A DNA stretch of 64,000 nucleotides from Octopus vulgaris (GCA_951406725.2 OX597820.1:66092001-66156000); one strand, 5' to 3'. Positions 26,512-39,211 are shown, counted from the stretch's first letter. Notes: generated from the letters alone by a model not told the origin. A program made the numbers and translations.

Positions 26512-26690
26512 AACTAAAATTATATATATAAATACATGACGAGCTTCTTTCAGCTTCAGTGTACCAAATCCACTCACAAGGAGTGATCGGCCCCGGGCTA
26601 TACTAGAAAACACTTGCCCAAGGTGCCGTGCAGTGGGACTGAACCTGGAACCATATGGCTGAGAAGCAAGTTTCTCAGCACACAGCCATT
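25965..26690 (-). mobile_element. SINE family A, split at its internal (TA)n by a hammerhead-bearing insert (26195-26430)
   Basis: Tail 25965-26175 and head 26535-26690 are collinear with the family consensus. Confidence 0.75.
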
Positions 26691-27834
26691 AACACCAGAT
26701 TTTTTCTTTTGCTTGAGTTCTATTGTTACTTTATTTTATATATTCCGGAGCCGCGCGTAAAGACTTGGCCGAATGCGTGTTAATTCTTAATATTTCATAT
26801 ATCCAATATATTTTCGGTTTGCAGAATGTTGCCCTGTGGCACTCTTCTACAGCCATATTATTCGCATGTCATTTTGTGTTTGATTTTCATATTCTTTGCT
26901 AGAAAATAATTTCCTTAAAATTCTCAAAATTGCGTATTTTTCTCAAAGAAAGAGATGAGTAATAAATAATAATAATAAAAAAAACGCCGAATGTTTCACA
27001 ACGGAACTATAGCCTCAATCTGAGTCAGGCTATATTTAAGCACGGTTTTCGCGTCTTAAATGATCACAATAGACCGAACTATAAGGACGATGGAACCGAC
27101 AATCAGTGGTAAAACGAATGTGCGAACGAACAATAACCTCGCCACCCCCATAAATGAAAGAAAAAAAGAATTATAGGGGACTAACATTTCGAAGTATTAC
27201 ACTGACTGGTCAAATATTCGCAATTTCTCTTAAGCATTTTAATTTCTTTAACTATAAATGGCGTTATTTTTAAACATAAAACAAAAGCAATTACTAATGA
27301 GTTACAATTTCATTACCAGGTTTCGCTTTGCTGTGTGTAATTGAGCTATCAATCCGTCTGATCGCTATAACTACATTTATCTATAAATAGTGCTATTATT
27401 TTGAACTCAACGGCTGCAAATGTATTAATATGTATTTAAATGCAAAATCAGTTGTGCTGTTGAGGTATAGGAGATCAAAACTTGTACTACGCGATAATTG
27501 AACATTGAAAACAAAATCGATTAATCGTGTCTTTATATTTCTTCGTGATTTGTTTTGTTTTGTTTTTTGTTTTGTTAATGTTTTTTTTAATGCTATTTCC
27601 TCTTTTATTGTTATTCTTCTCACAACCACATAAAGTGTTTAACACTCAGAAAATTAACCTAATTCCCTGTATAAAAGAGGTAAAAGAAAAAAAAGTAGGC
27701 CGAAGACACGATACACATTCATATACACACAAACATGAGTGTGTGTTGGCCTGTATCTGTGTGTTTGTGTGTGTGTGTGTGTTGGCCTGTATCTGTGTCT
27801 GTATGTAGGTCTGTATCTGTGTGTGTGTGTGTGT

Positions 27835-28195
27835 TCAGTCCCACCGCGTGCTATCTCTGGCAATGATCTTCTGCTTCCGCCTCCAGTCGCATAACGCCTT
27901 GTGAGAAGATTTAGTAAACGGAAACTAAAAGAAACCCATTGTATATGAGTGTGTGTGTGTGTATGGCTATTTCTGTCTCTGTTTGACCCCCACCACTGGT
28001 TCACAACCGGTGTTCTTTTGTTTACGTTCCTGTAAGTTAGGAATCCAGCAAAAGAGATCGATATAATAAGAACCGGGCTTTTAAAAAGATAACTACAGGG
28101 TTCGATTCGCAAGACTAAAATTCTTCAAGCTGGTGCTCCAGCATGGCCGCAGTTAAATAGTTTAAGGATATAACACAATATAGAAGATAAAAGAT
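27835..28195 (+). mobile_element. SINE family A, diverged copy
   Basis: GTTCAGTCCCAC, GGAAACT, GGTGCTCCAGCATGGCCGCAG. Confidence 0.8.
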
Positions 28196-28207
28196 TCTAT
28201 ATCAATA

Positions 28208-28590
28208 GGCTGTGTGGTATGTAGCTTGCTTACCAACCACATGGTTTCGGGTCCAGTCCCACTGCGTGGCACCTAGGGCAAGTGTCTTCTACTATAGCCT
28301 CGGGCCGACCAAAGCCTTGTGAGTGGATTTGGTAGACGGAAACTGAAAGAAACCCGTCGTGTATATGTATATGTATGTGTGTCTGTGTTTGTCCCTCCAG
28401 CATCGCTTGACAACCGATGCTGATGTGTTTACGTCCCAGCAACTTAGCGGTTCCGCGAAAGGAACCGATAGAATAAGTACTAGGCTTACGAAGAATAAGT
28501 CCTGGGTGTCCATTTGCTCGACTAACGGTGGTGCTCCAGCATGGCCACAGTCAAATGACTGAAACTAGTAAAAGAGTAAAACAAAGAGTA
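28208..28590 (+). mobile_element. SINE family A, near full length
   Basis: High similarity to the reverse complement of 41188-41599. Confidence 0.9.
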
Positions 28591-28760
28591 AATATGAATG
28601 GCAAATGAAAGACGGAAGCTGGAATATACGAGAATCTATAGTTAATCACGGCAATCTCCCGCCTTTCATTTGCCATATACATAACGATTACTATGAAGAT
28701 GACCATGCTTTACCACTAAGCTACCAGGTGTAAACCATTTGTTTTATTATAAATATATAT

Positions 28761-28990
28761 ATTTCTTTACTACCCACAAGGGGCTAAACACAGAGGGGAC
28801 AAACAAGGACAAACAAGGGGATTAAGCCGATTACATCGACCCCAGTGCGTAACAGGTACTTTATTTATCGACCCCGAAAGGATGAAAGGCAAAGTCGACC
28901 TCGGCGGAATTTGAACTCAGAACGTAACGGCAGACGAAATACGGCTACGCATTTCGCCCGGCGTGCTACCGTTCCTGCCAGCTCGCCGCC
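28761..28990 (-). mobile_element. SINE family B monomer with 19-bp TSD
   Basis: TTTTATTATAAATATATAT at 28742-28760 and 28991-29009. Confidence 0.9.
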
Positions 28991-29084
28991 TTTTATTATA
29001 AATATATATGCGTGTGTGTATGAGTGTGTGCGTATGTATGTGTGTATATATATATATATGTGCGTGTGTGTGTGCGCGCGTGTA

Positions 29085-29115
<31 letters not shown>

Positions 29116-30181
29116 CCACATAAACACAAATATATAACAGAATAAAACAAAACTCGAACTAAAAGTTGGAGGGGGACGGGTTTACCCGCATCGGCTTTGT
29201 ATAACACTCTTGTCCATGGTTACGTTTATGTGTATGGACGGACACACACACACACACCATACACACACACACCACACACGGGCACACACGCACACACACA
29301 CACAGTGTTGCGATTTTGCGATTGCTAGCTCAATCTCATCAGTAGAGGAACAGTGTTTACGCGTGTAACAGACCTGGAAATTCAAATTTTCGCCTATTTT
29401 CTGTTATCAGCTTTGAAATATTGAGCACTATGTTTATTATATAAAGATATTTCGAAAGATGCACTGAGCCATAACGATGTGACTAAGAACTGTCTTTCGA
29501 AACCGTATGGTTCCATGCTTCATTCGACTTCGTGAAACCTTGTATGAATGCATTTTTGTATAAGCTTGCATTGAGCATTAGTTTTTCTTTTAGGAAGCGG
29601 CACAGAACCCGCTCATGTGTAAGCATCTGAATGTGAGGTGCTTTTGTGTTTATGTCTATGTGAGTGTATGTGTAACTGTGTATATGTATTTATGTTGTGT
29701 CTGTGTGTGTGTGTGTGTGCACGTATGTGGGTTGTCTCATTACGACGATAAACAAGATTAGGCAAAAAAATAAAATAACGGCAGCATTTAGATAGAATAC
29801 ACCTCCAAGAATCTTATAAAGAAAGTTCATATTTGTGACAAGGATTTAGGGGGCTTGTGCAAAAAAAAAGAAACATGTAAGAAAATATCTACCGTAGGAA
29901 TGAAACACGATAAATTGAAAAATTACAAAAAAAGTGTTTCTTTTTTTCAAGGAAGCCAATAAATACGAAACAGAACTGAAATGTTAGAGGGTTATGAAAA
30001 GAGAAGGGAAATAACATTAGGAATGCGATAACGTTAAAATGTAAGCCAAAAATAAGAGTACAGAATACAGAATATCATGCTAAAACGATGGCAAAGGAAG
30101 GACTTATATGGCCTGCACCTGAGTAGTCCTAAGCATGATGTGTGTGTGAGTGCGTGTGTATGTGTATGTATATATATATAT

Positions 30182-30781
30182 GTTAGTTAGTTAATTTTTT
30201 TGGCTCAAAAAGCAAAAAGCAAGGCCATGTAGGGGGACATGGAGTTATGTAGAGGGAGGGTGTTCATGGAAAGAGTTCAGGCTATTTCTGGTCAAGAGAG
30301 ACTTTGAACCGAGCGGTCGTCGGCATCTTCACTATCTCGTCTGGCAGCTTATTCCACGGATTCGCAACTCGGACGGAGAAAGCCCCTCTCCTTCGATTGA
30401 GATGAAATCGTCGCAGATAGAGCTTTTCGGAGTGATCCCGCAGCCGACGCTCTGGAGCAGGAGTGAAGAACAGCTCTTTCGAGGGGTTACACTTTCCGCT
30501 TATGATGTTGTGACCAAGAATGAGATCACCACGGTGTCGTCATTTTTCTAGAGAATAAAGGTCGAGCGTCTTCGATGCTTGAGACAGATGCTTGAGACAA
30601 AGAACCATGCGAGTAGCCAGCTTCTGGACTCTTTCGAGATGATTTACTCCAATATGTGTCTCACCGGCGTGACATAGAGCGGTTGGAATATGGCTGCTGT
30701 GAGCATTCCGAATGACCGTCGAATCAAAAATAGAACTCCACCGTGCTTTGTTGGCAGCATGGACGCACTAGGCCGAAGGCG
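30182..30781 (-). mobile_element. CR1-type LINE 3' fragment, same family as 43551-45488
   Basis: High nucleotide similarity to about 43551-44200 with deletions; (TAAC)n tail; LFLIRRSFGMLTAAIF. Confidence 0.92.
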
Positions 30782-30789
30782 TTGAAATT

Positions 30790-30923
30790 TATGGAAGAAC
30801 AAAAAACGAAGACAGGTGTATGAGCAACAAGCAAGTGTATTAGTTTGACGCTCGGGAAAATAAAAAAGTATTTTACGTTTCGAGCCTACGCTCTTCAACA
30901 GAGGGGAATAAGAGAAAATAAAC
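30790..30923 (-). mobile_element. Third copy of the hammerhead-bearing short element
   Basis: Minus strand CTCTGTTGAAGAGCGTAGGCTCGAAACGTAAAA at 30871-30903. Confidence 0.68.
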
Positions 30924-31160
30924 AGGAGTCTCCATGGAGTGGATGTAGACGTTTTCAAACGTAAACTTGACCTCTGGCTCGCCGAGATCCCGGATGAGCC
31001 AATATCTAAGCAAGAAACTCAAAAGAGGGCAGTAGCATCGAACTCCATCCTTCACCAAAAGCCGCTCCGACAAAGGTGGAAAGTGGAAAGATGATTACAA
31101 TGGCGGTGCTCCAGCATGGCCAGTCATTGGACTGAAACATATAAGTGAATAAGATGATAA
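30924..31160 (+). mobile_element. 3' end of a second CR1-like LINE family carrying the SINE-A tail
   Basis: Reads RSLHGVDVDVFKRKLDLWLAEIPDEP..RAVASNSILHQK..* (stop 31092-31094), then GGCGGTGCTCCAGCATGGCCAGTCATTGGACTGAAACA. Confidence 0.75.
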
Positions 31161-31344
31161 GAAGAAGACTAAGAAAATTCTTTAACACATCTTTAGAGAT
31201 TCCTTACAATTCTGTATCAACTGTATCTGCTGCGCCGGTTTACGCGAATATTCGAAGTGAAAATTTCCGTAATGTCAGCAGTTTTAGACATTAGAGTGGA
31301 ACTTCTTCCGACTTGCATCAAAGGTGTGCTGTCACATATATATT

Positions 31345-31597
31345 TGTACTCTTTTACTTATTTCAGTCATTTGACAGCGTCCGTGCAGGGGTATCGCCTT
31401 GAAAGGTTTCAGTCGAACAAATCTGCCCCAGGACTTATTCTTTAAACCCTGGTATTTACTCTATTAGTGTCTTTTGCCGAACCGCTAATTTACGGGGACG
31501 TATACACACACACACACACACACACTCCGGTAGTCAAGCGGGGGTGAGGTACAAACACGGATACCAAGATATGCACACAGATATAGAGAAGCCCGTC

Positions 31598-31634
<37 letters not shown>

Positions 31635-31775
31635 CGACGGGCTTCTTTCAGTTTCCATCTGCCAAATAAACTCACAGGGCTTCGGTCGACCCGAGGCTAT
31701 AGCAGTTGACCAAGATACCATGCAGTGGAACTGAACCCGGAACCATGTGGTTAGGAAGCAAGCTTCTTACCACGA
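31345..31775 (-). mobile_element. SINE family A
   Basis: Collinear with 41188-41599. Confidence 0.85.
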
Positions 31776-31892
31776 TGTTGAAAATGCACAGAGAATACAT
31801 TAGATTTAATTGGAATTTAATTATATTTTAAAATGTAAGTATACACTTCACTGGTGTCACATTAGATTTTCAGGAGTGTATAGTATATGGAG

Positions 31893-32181
31893 TGGAGGCA
31901 CATGGCCTAGTGGTTAGTAGAGCAACGGACTCGCGGGTTCGAATCTCAGACCGGGCGATGTGTGTGTTTATGAGCGAAAACACCTAAGCTCCGCGCGGCT
32001 CCGGCAGAAGGTAATGACGAATTTCTGCTGACTCTTTCGCCACAACTTTCTCTTTCTCTCTTTCCTCCTGCATCTTGCAGCTCACCTGCGACGTACCGAC
32101 GTCCCGTCCAGGTGGGGAACCTATACGCCAAGGAAACCAGACCTTATGAGCCAGGCGTGGCTCAAAAAGGAACAAACAATT
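31893..32181 (+). mobile_element. tRNA-derived SINE, family C, with 10-bp TSD
   Basis: GTATATGGAG at 31883-31892 and 32182-32191; homologous to 2086-2395. Confidence 0.88.
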
Positions 32182-32660
32182 GTATATGGAGCAATATCGT
32201 GAACTGTGTGTATTCCGGCCGATTTCTAAACTAGGGAAAGTGGCTCCCACACCGTTTCTCTCAATTGAATTCACTCACAAGACATTGGTCAGTCCGGGAA
32301 TTATAGTACAAAATATTTGCTCAAGCTGCCGTGCATCGGAACTGAACCCGAAACCAGGTGGTTGTAAATCGTGTTTCAAAGTAATTTATCGAGTATTACT
32401 AAAATTCAGGATTGCTTATACAGGCACACACCAAGGTATTTCGGTAGCGGGAACAGTCTATCATATCGATACTCCTGCATAAATGTTGCTTTATTTTATC
32501 GTAAGAATGAAAAACAAAGCTGACCGCCATGAAATTTGAACACAGAACGAATGGTCCATAAGCTAATACAGAAAAGCATGTTTGACAACCGCATCAACAA
32601 GAACAACAACAACAACGTTAATAAGGGTTTCAAGTTTTGGTACAATATAATAATAATAAT

Positions 32661-35285
32661 GAGAAACGTCAACGTTTCTTTGAAGAAAACAAACAGTTCA
32701 ACTCCAATCCCCAAAAGATTCAAGCAAGAACTTGGCAAAAATAAAATAAAGATCAATGCAGCTCCAAGAGCAGAAGAAATGGAAGTTCTGGAAAGAAATA
32801 TGGTCGACGAAGAAACAAAATCAGAAAAGATCTGTCAAAATAACAAACACAGCACCTGAACTTTGGACTCCTATAACAACTGAAAAGGTTACCCAGGCAC
32901 TGCAAAAACTAAGCAACTGGAAGGCACCCGAGAACGACAAGATAGTATTCCCTACACATGGATCCTAGAAACACTAGCCATGAACAAGGTAGCACCAATA
33001 ATTATAAAATATCTAACAGGAATACATAAAACGCTGGCTGACAAATTTAATGTAATACTAGCAGAGCTAGAGACAATGACTGAATGGCTCCAGGAAGGGA
33101 AGACTATCTTAATTCCCAAATCCACTGACACGGCAAATCCACAAAATTACAGACCGATAATTTGTCTCCCTACAATCTACAATGCCCTTACTGCAATAAT
33201 ATTATCGCAGAGAAAGGGCAAACATCTGGAAGAAAGCAACTTGTTTCCAGAAGAGCAGAAGAAATGCTGCAAGAGCTCATATGGCTGCAAAGAACAGTTA
33301 CTGCTCGATAAAGCCATAACTGAAGACAGCTGAAGAAAAAGAAGGGTCTAAGTATGGTTTAAATTGATTATCAAAAGGGTTTTGGTAGTATTCCTTACAC
33401 AAGGATCCTAGAAACACTAGCCATTAATAAGGTAGCACCAATAATCATAAAACATATAAAGCATTCCATGAATAAATGGCAAATAGTGCTACAACACCAG
33501 ACAAAAGAGGGACTCATAAAGACCAACGCCATCCCCATTAGAGGAGAATATTCCAGGAAGACACGCTCTCGCCACACCATTTCTGCTTGGCACTGATACC
33601 GTTATCTAACATGCTAAGCAGAAGTCGATGTGAATACAACTGTTACGACAAGACAATCAGCCAGTTCTTGTATATAGATGATCTAAAACTGTACGCTACA
33701 AAGGACAAACAGCTGGAGTCATTACTACAGACAGTACATGGATTTACCAAAAAAATAAACATGAAATTTGGCTTAGAAAAATGTGGCAAAGCAATATTGA
33801 AAAGACAAAAACTAGTTGAGAGTAGCAACATCACACTAGATAAAGCAAGTGAAATAAGAGAATTAGACCAAAGCCACACATGCAAATGCTTAGGAATCGA
33901 TGGACTAGATAAGATACAACACTCACAAATGGAAGAGAAGATAAGAAAAAATACTATGGATGAGTTGGATTAATACTGATAAAAGAGCTCAATGCGAAAA
34001 GCAAGATAATAGGTATCAACACTCTAACCGTCCCAGTTACAAGTTACAGCTACAATATTCTTAACTGGAATCTAAATGAACTAATCAAAATAGACAGGAA
34101 AAGAAGAAAAATAATGACAGGATTTAGGAGGCACCACTCAAAATCTGACATAGAAAGAATATATATACAATGCATCGAAGAAGCCTTATACAGCTAGAAA
34201 ACTATTACAAAACAACCAACATAGGATTACAGAAATACCTACTTCAGAAGCAAGAAAAACTGATACAAATAGCTACAAAACACAAACAAAGCAAAACAAA
34301 AACTGTTTTCTGTCTTTAAGAAAGCTGGCAAATACAAAACAATGTCATAGTGCCTAACAACTATGAAAAAAAAAAAGAAGAAATAATAAAAGCTATAACA
34401 CAACTGAAATCCAAATTAAAACTGGACCAGCATCGTATCATGATAAAACGATGGCACGAAAAACCCTTACATGGCAAATATTGGGTTAAACTAAAGAGAA
34501 AAGACACAGACAAAGCAAGATCCCAACAATGGCTGAGAAGCTCAGGACTCAAAGCAGAGACTGAAGGATTTTTAATTGCATCACAAGAACAAAGTCCTCT
34601 CACCAGAAATCACCAAAAACACGTGATGAAAAGAAATACAAAGAACTGCAGAATATGTGGAAATGGAGAAGAAACAATAGATCATATTGTCTCTGGCTGC
34701 TCAGTCCTGGCTAAGAAGGAACATATTCACAGACACGAAAGAGTTGGGATCTATATACACTGGAAGCTATGCCAAGAGTATGGAATAACAAAAGAAAAAA
34801 GATGGTATAGACATACGCCACAAAAGGTCACAGAAAATGAAGCAACCATACTCTGAGATATGCTAATACACAAAAATAGAGAATTCAAGGCTAATATACC
34901 AGATATAGTTGTCAGAGATCACCAAGAAAAAAATGCTTTCTAATCGATGTATCAATACCAACAGATGACATTATTTCTGTAAAAGAAACGGAGAATACAA
35001 AGCTCTGGTAACAGAGGTAACTCGAAACTATAGAGCCTAAAAACAGAAACAATTCCTATCATAGTAGGCGCATTAGATATGACATAAAACATTCAGACAA
35101 ATACATAACAAAAACACCAGGACTTACAAGTATATATAACATATAGAAAATAGCAATACTAGGCACTGCACACATCCTACGTAAAACACTTTCGATACAG
35201 TGAAAATAAGAGCACTATAACAAACCACAGCACACAGAGCCGCGCTCAGTAGTGCAATGAAAGCACGTGATAAAAATAAAATGAA
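32661..35285 (+). pseudogene. R4/Dong-clade non-LTR retrotransposon, 5'-truncated and degenerate (RT, CCHC, RLE); family R1
   Basis: NWKAP, NYRPIICLPTIY, EEQK..GCKEQLLLDKAI, YIDDLKLYA, LHGKY, SSGLKAETEGFL, CRICGNGEETIDHIVSGC, RHERVG, PDIVV; many stops and frameshifts; starts right after a short (TAA)n. Confidence 0.93.
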
Positions 35286-35287
35286 TA

Positions 35288-35503
35288 ACAAAAGCACTCG
35301 GAAAACGCAAACCTCCGCCAAGGCAACACCAACGTTCTCTCAACGATTAGCCAGAGATGATTTTTAAGATGAGAATATCTCATATGAACTCGACTGCTCT
35401 CACAAACAAGAATACTAAAAAGAACCCGACCGCTCTTAAAAATTAAGTAAAAATAAAGCGGAAAAATAATCCAGAATCCTTGTCCGGTACCTGATCGATC
35501 CCA
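35288..35503 (+). mobile_element. Helentron-associated (DINE-1/HINE-like) non-autonomous fragment
   Basis: Terminal motif AAAAGCACTCGGAAAACGCAAACCTCCGCCAAGGC and AATAATCCAGAATCC..CCTGATCG, recalled as typical of this group. Confidence 0.5.
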
Positions 35504-35559
35504 ATGGTAGTCATGGAATGTGAAGGTAGGTGTGCAGGCGGTGTTTGTAATGCTGTGTA

Positions 35560-35712
35560 TGTGTTATCTGCAGTAGGAACAGGCCTATGAAGGCCTTTTT
35601 GTTGTCTGTCCACTGATATAGTGTCTTTACGACCATTAAGGTCTATAGTGAAAAACTTAACCGTGCGTGAAAGAAAACGGAAAGAACTTACATACGGTGC
35701 TGTCAACAACAT
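35560..35712 (-). pseudogene. Gypsy/Ty3 integrase C-terminal (GPY/F module) fragment
   Basis: LTAPYVSSFRFLSRTVKFFTIDLNGRKDTISVDR matches the L.PPY.GPF.V..R..K.F.I..NG..DTVS.DRLK pattern. Confidence 0.7.
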
Positions 35713-36243
35713 TATTGTGCACAAAAATGTGAGTCCAAGAAGTCAACCTTCCTTCAAGGCAGAGCTAGAAATGCAATTGTCAAGTAGGTAGCAAGTTTTA
35801 AACAGGGGCGATATATTCAAAATTGGTAAAACTAAAAATTGTCGAGGATAAATTAAATTTATTATTGTTACTGAATATGTTTGTATTGTTTAATTTCTGA
35901 ACGGTTTTGCTGCCGTTTGTTTATGTAGTTTGATTTCTTTATCCATCAGTTTCTAAGATAGAGACGCGAGTAAAATTAAGAATAGAGAAACGAAAATAAA
36001 ACTTTGGAAACAACATCGCCGCCAACACATACATGGAAACCATGAGCGTGCTTTCAAAGGAGATAATCAGGGAAAGACTTGAAAGTCAACGTAAGATCAT
36101 AATACTTCATGTAAAATAAAGTAAAGTAAATATATCGAATAATCCAGAATCTTAAGGAAAGTATTATCTGTCTGAGGTCTTTTTTGTGACTTGACAGATG
36201 ACTAAAGACTCCGGCGCATTTTTAGCTATACTGTATTACGAAG

Positions 36244-36333
<90 letters not shown>

Positions 36334-36658
36334 TAATAATAATAATAATATCATCAGTTTTTTAAGTTACAATTTTATAACAAGCGAAAAGAAAAAGACA
36401 GAAAAGAGAAAAGACGACAGAAAAAAGGAAAGAAAAAGAGAGAAAGAAGAATATTTAATGAAACAGTTTTGTATAAATATGATCTCTTTTTCTTTCCTTT
36501 TTTTTTTCTGTCGTCTTCTTTCTGTTTTTTTCTGTCTTTTTCTTTTCGCCTGTTATAAAATTACAACTTAAAAAACTGATGATGTCATTCCATCAACGTG
36601 TGGACGGTGGTTGCTCTCGTTCATACTTTACGTTTAAATTTATGTAATAATAATAATG

Positions 36659-36709
<51 letters not shown>

Positions 36710-37211
36710 GGCCAATAAACCAGATATTGTTGTGAAAGACCAAAACAATAAAGTTTGCTTATTGATCGACATGAGCATCCCCTGTGATCATAATATCTCA
36801 GCGAAAGAGTTTGACAAGCTCAGAAAATATAAAGACCTACTCATTGAAATTGAGAAAATGTGGCATCTCAAGGCGGTTACAATACCAGTGATCGTAGGAG
36901 CACTAGGAATGATCAAGAAGAGGGAACCGAAAATTATATGAGAATGATCCCTGGCTTACCATCTCTGCAAGAAGTGCAAAAGATTGTCTTAACTGGTACA
37001 TCACACGTATTGAGAATAGCATTGTCGATGTGAGAACTGTTGCTGCTCATGTATTGTAATTTAACATTAAAAAAAAAAAAAAAAAAAATGAACGAACTAC
37101 TGAGTTTGGTTTAATGGCCTACCAATATACACTATGAGTTTCTTTGCCCTAGGAGTCGGGAAGACACTCGGCAAGAAATGGAAGAAAATTTGAAAGAAGA
37201 AAAAAAAAAAG
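36710..37211 (+). mobile_element. RLE-LINE 3' fragment, family R2
   Basis: ANKPDIVVKD..LIDMSIP..KLRKYKDL..WHLKAVTIPVIVGALG (PD-(D/E)xK nuclease); 3' UTR similar to 51890-51963. Confidence 0.9.
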
Positions 37212-37228
37212 TAATAATAATAATAATA

Positions 37229-37651
<423 letters not shown>

Positions 37652-37952
37652 CCCTTAAAACTTGAAATAGGAAGAAATTGGAGAGTGTGAGAACTATAAA
37701 GGTCGTGCCTATAATAATTGGTGCGTTGGAAACAGGAAGCAAGAATATAGATAAATGGCTTAATGACAATGCAATAGAATGTCCTGTAGAGCTCCTACAA
37801 AATGTTTGTCTCTTAGGGACCGCAAGGATTATTAGGAAGGTTCTAAGCACTTGAAAGACTGCTGAAAACTTGTGGATACCTGAGGTTACAGGTAGTAACT
37901 CGTTACCTACACAGATACTACCAGGAATCAGACCGAGCGTGAGCCATGACCA
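37652..37952 (+). mobile_element. RLE-LINE 3' fragment, family R3
   Basis: VRTIKVVPIIIGALETG..LLQNVCLLGTARIIRKVLST* followed by a distinct 3' UTR. Confidence 0.85.
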
Positions 37953-38365
37953 AAATAATAATAATAATAATAACATCAACAACATAGGCTATCTATATCA
38001 CTGTTTAACGTAGCAATCTTCTCAAATTATATATATATATATATATTACACGAGTACATAGGTTAAAATATAAACAACTACTCATACCGGATGTTAATTT
38101 TCGTTGCTGTTGAATCCATGTTTTCGTGTTGTTTGTTCTTTCTGTTGATGTTGCGAATTTTATCACTCACAATGTGGTTATTTCCAGTGTCGTTTTGTCA
38201 CAGTCGATTATCTCGCCAAATGTTATTGGCTGAGCTTTTGTTGTTGTTGTTGTTGTCGTCGTCGTCGTCGTCGCTGTTGTCTCTGTTGTTAATTTTTGTT
38301 TCTAGCGTATTTTTCTCCCTCCCTTTCCTGTCTACGTTTACAATGGTGTATAGAATAAGTAAACA

Positions 38366-38421
<56 letters not shown>

Positions 38422-38486
38422 CATATATATATATGTATATATACTTATCTATATACATACACTTATTTATAGAAATGTTTGTGTGT

Positions 38487-38526
<40 letters not shown>

Positions 38527-38644
38527 TGTTATATTTCGGAATGGTCATTTTGCCAGTTTAGCCAATAAAAACACACGCACTATATATTTGGTGTTATTTT
38601 GCTTCAGTGTTGTTTATTTTTTACATTAATCTTCATCGTATTTC

Positions 38645-38692
38645 GGCCAGAGTTCTTTCGTCACACTCCTCCTGTGACCGCATCAGTGGTCC
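38645..38692 (-). ncRNA. Type-I hammerhead-like motif (variant core) in a (TA)n-embedded insert
   Basis: Minus strand GGACCA-CTGATGC-G-GTCAC(AGGAGGAGT)GTGAC-GAAAG-AA-CTC-TGGCC: stems I and II form, CUC triplet; A9 replaced by C. Confidence 0.5.
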
Positions 38693-39147
38693 TTTGTTTT
38701 CTTCTTTCTTATTTGTGTCTCTCCTTACTAACCGTCAGCCATTTTGTATTTCTATTGTATGTCTTCATTTGCGCATGCTTATATCTCTATGTGCGTTTAT
38801 GTTTATTTAGTGTGTGTATGTGGGGGGATGTCTGTAATATTTGTATCTTCTGTTTATATATGTAAATGTAAAAAAATACAAACTGGGACAAGAACGTGAA
38901 ACATTTAGAAGACGATACAAAAAACACGGACGGGACATTCCAAGCCTTCAATCTTCAGTCAAGAACCGGATCATCTTCGCAATTTCGGCTACATATATAT
39001 ATAAACACAAACATTCATATATGTATGTGCGTGTGTATAGACATATGTATATAGTTACGTATATATGTGTGTATGCATATATATACAAACATATGTATAT
39101 ACATATGCCTGTGTGTATGTATATGTATGTATAGAAATATACGTATG

Positions 39148-39211
<64 letters not shown>

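Noticed and set aside
38930-38990. Minus-strand CTGAAGA..GGAATGTC as another hammerhead
   Set aside because: No GAAA and no convincing stem I in this copy.
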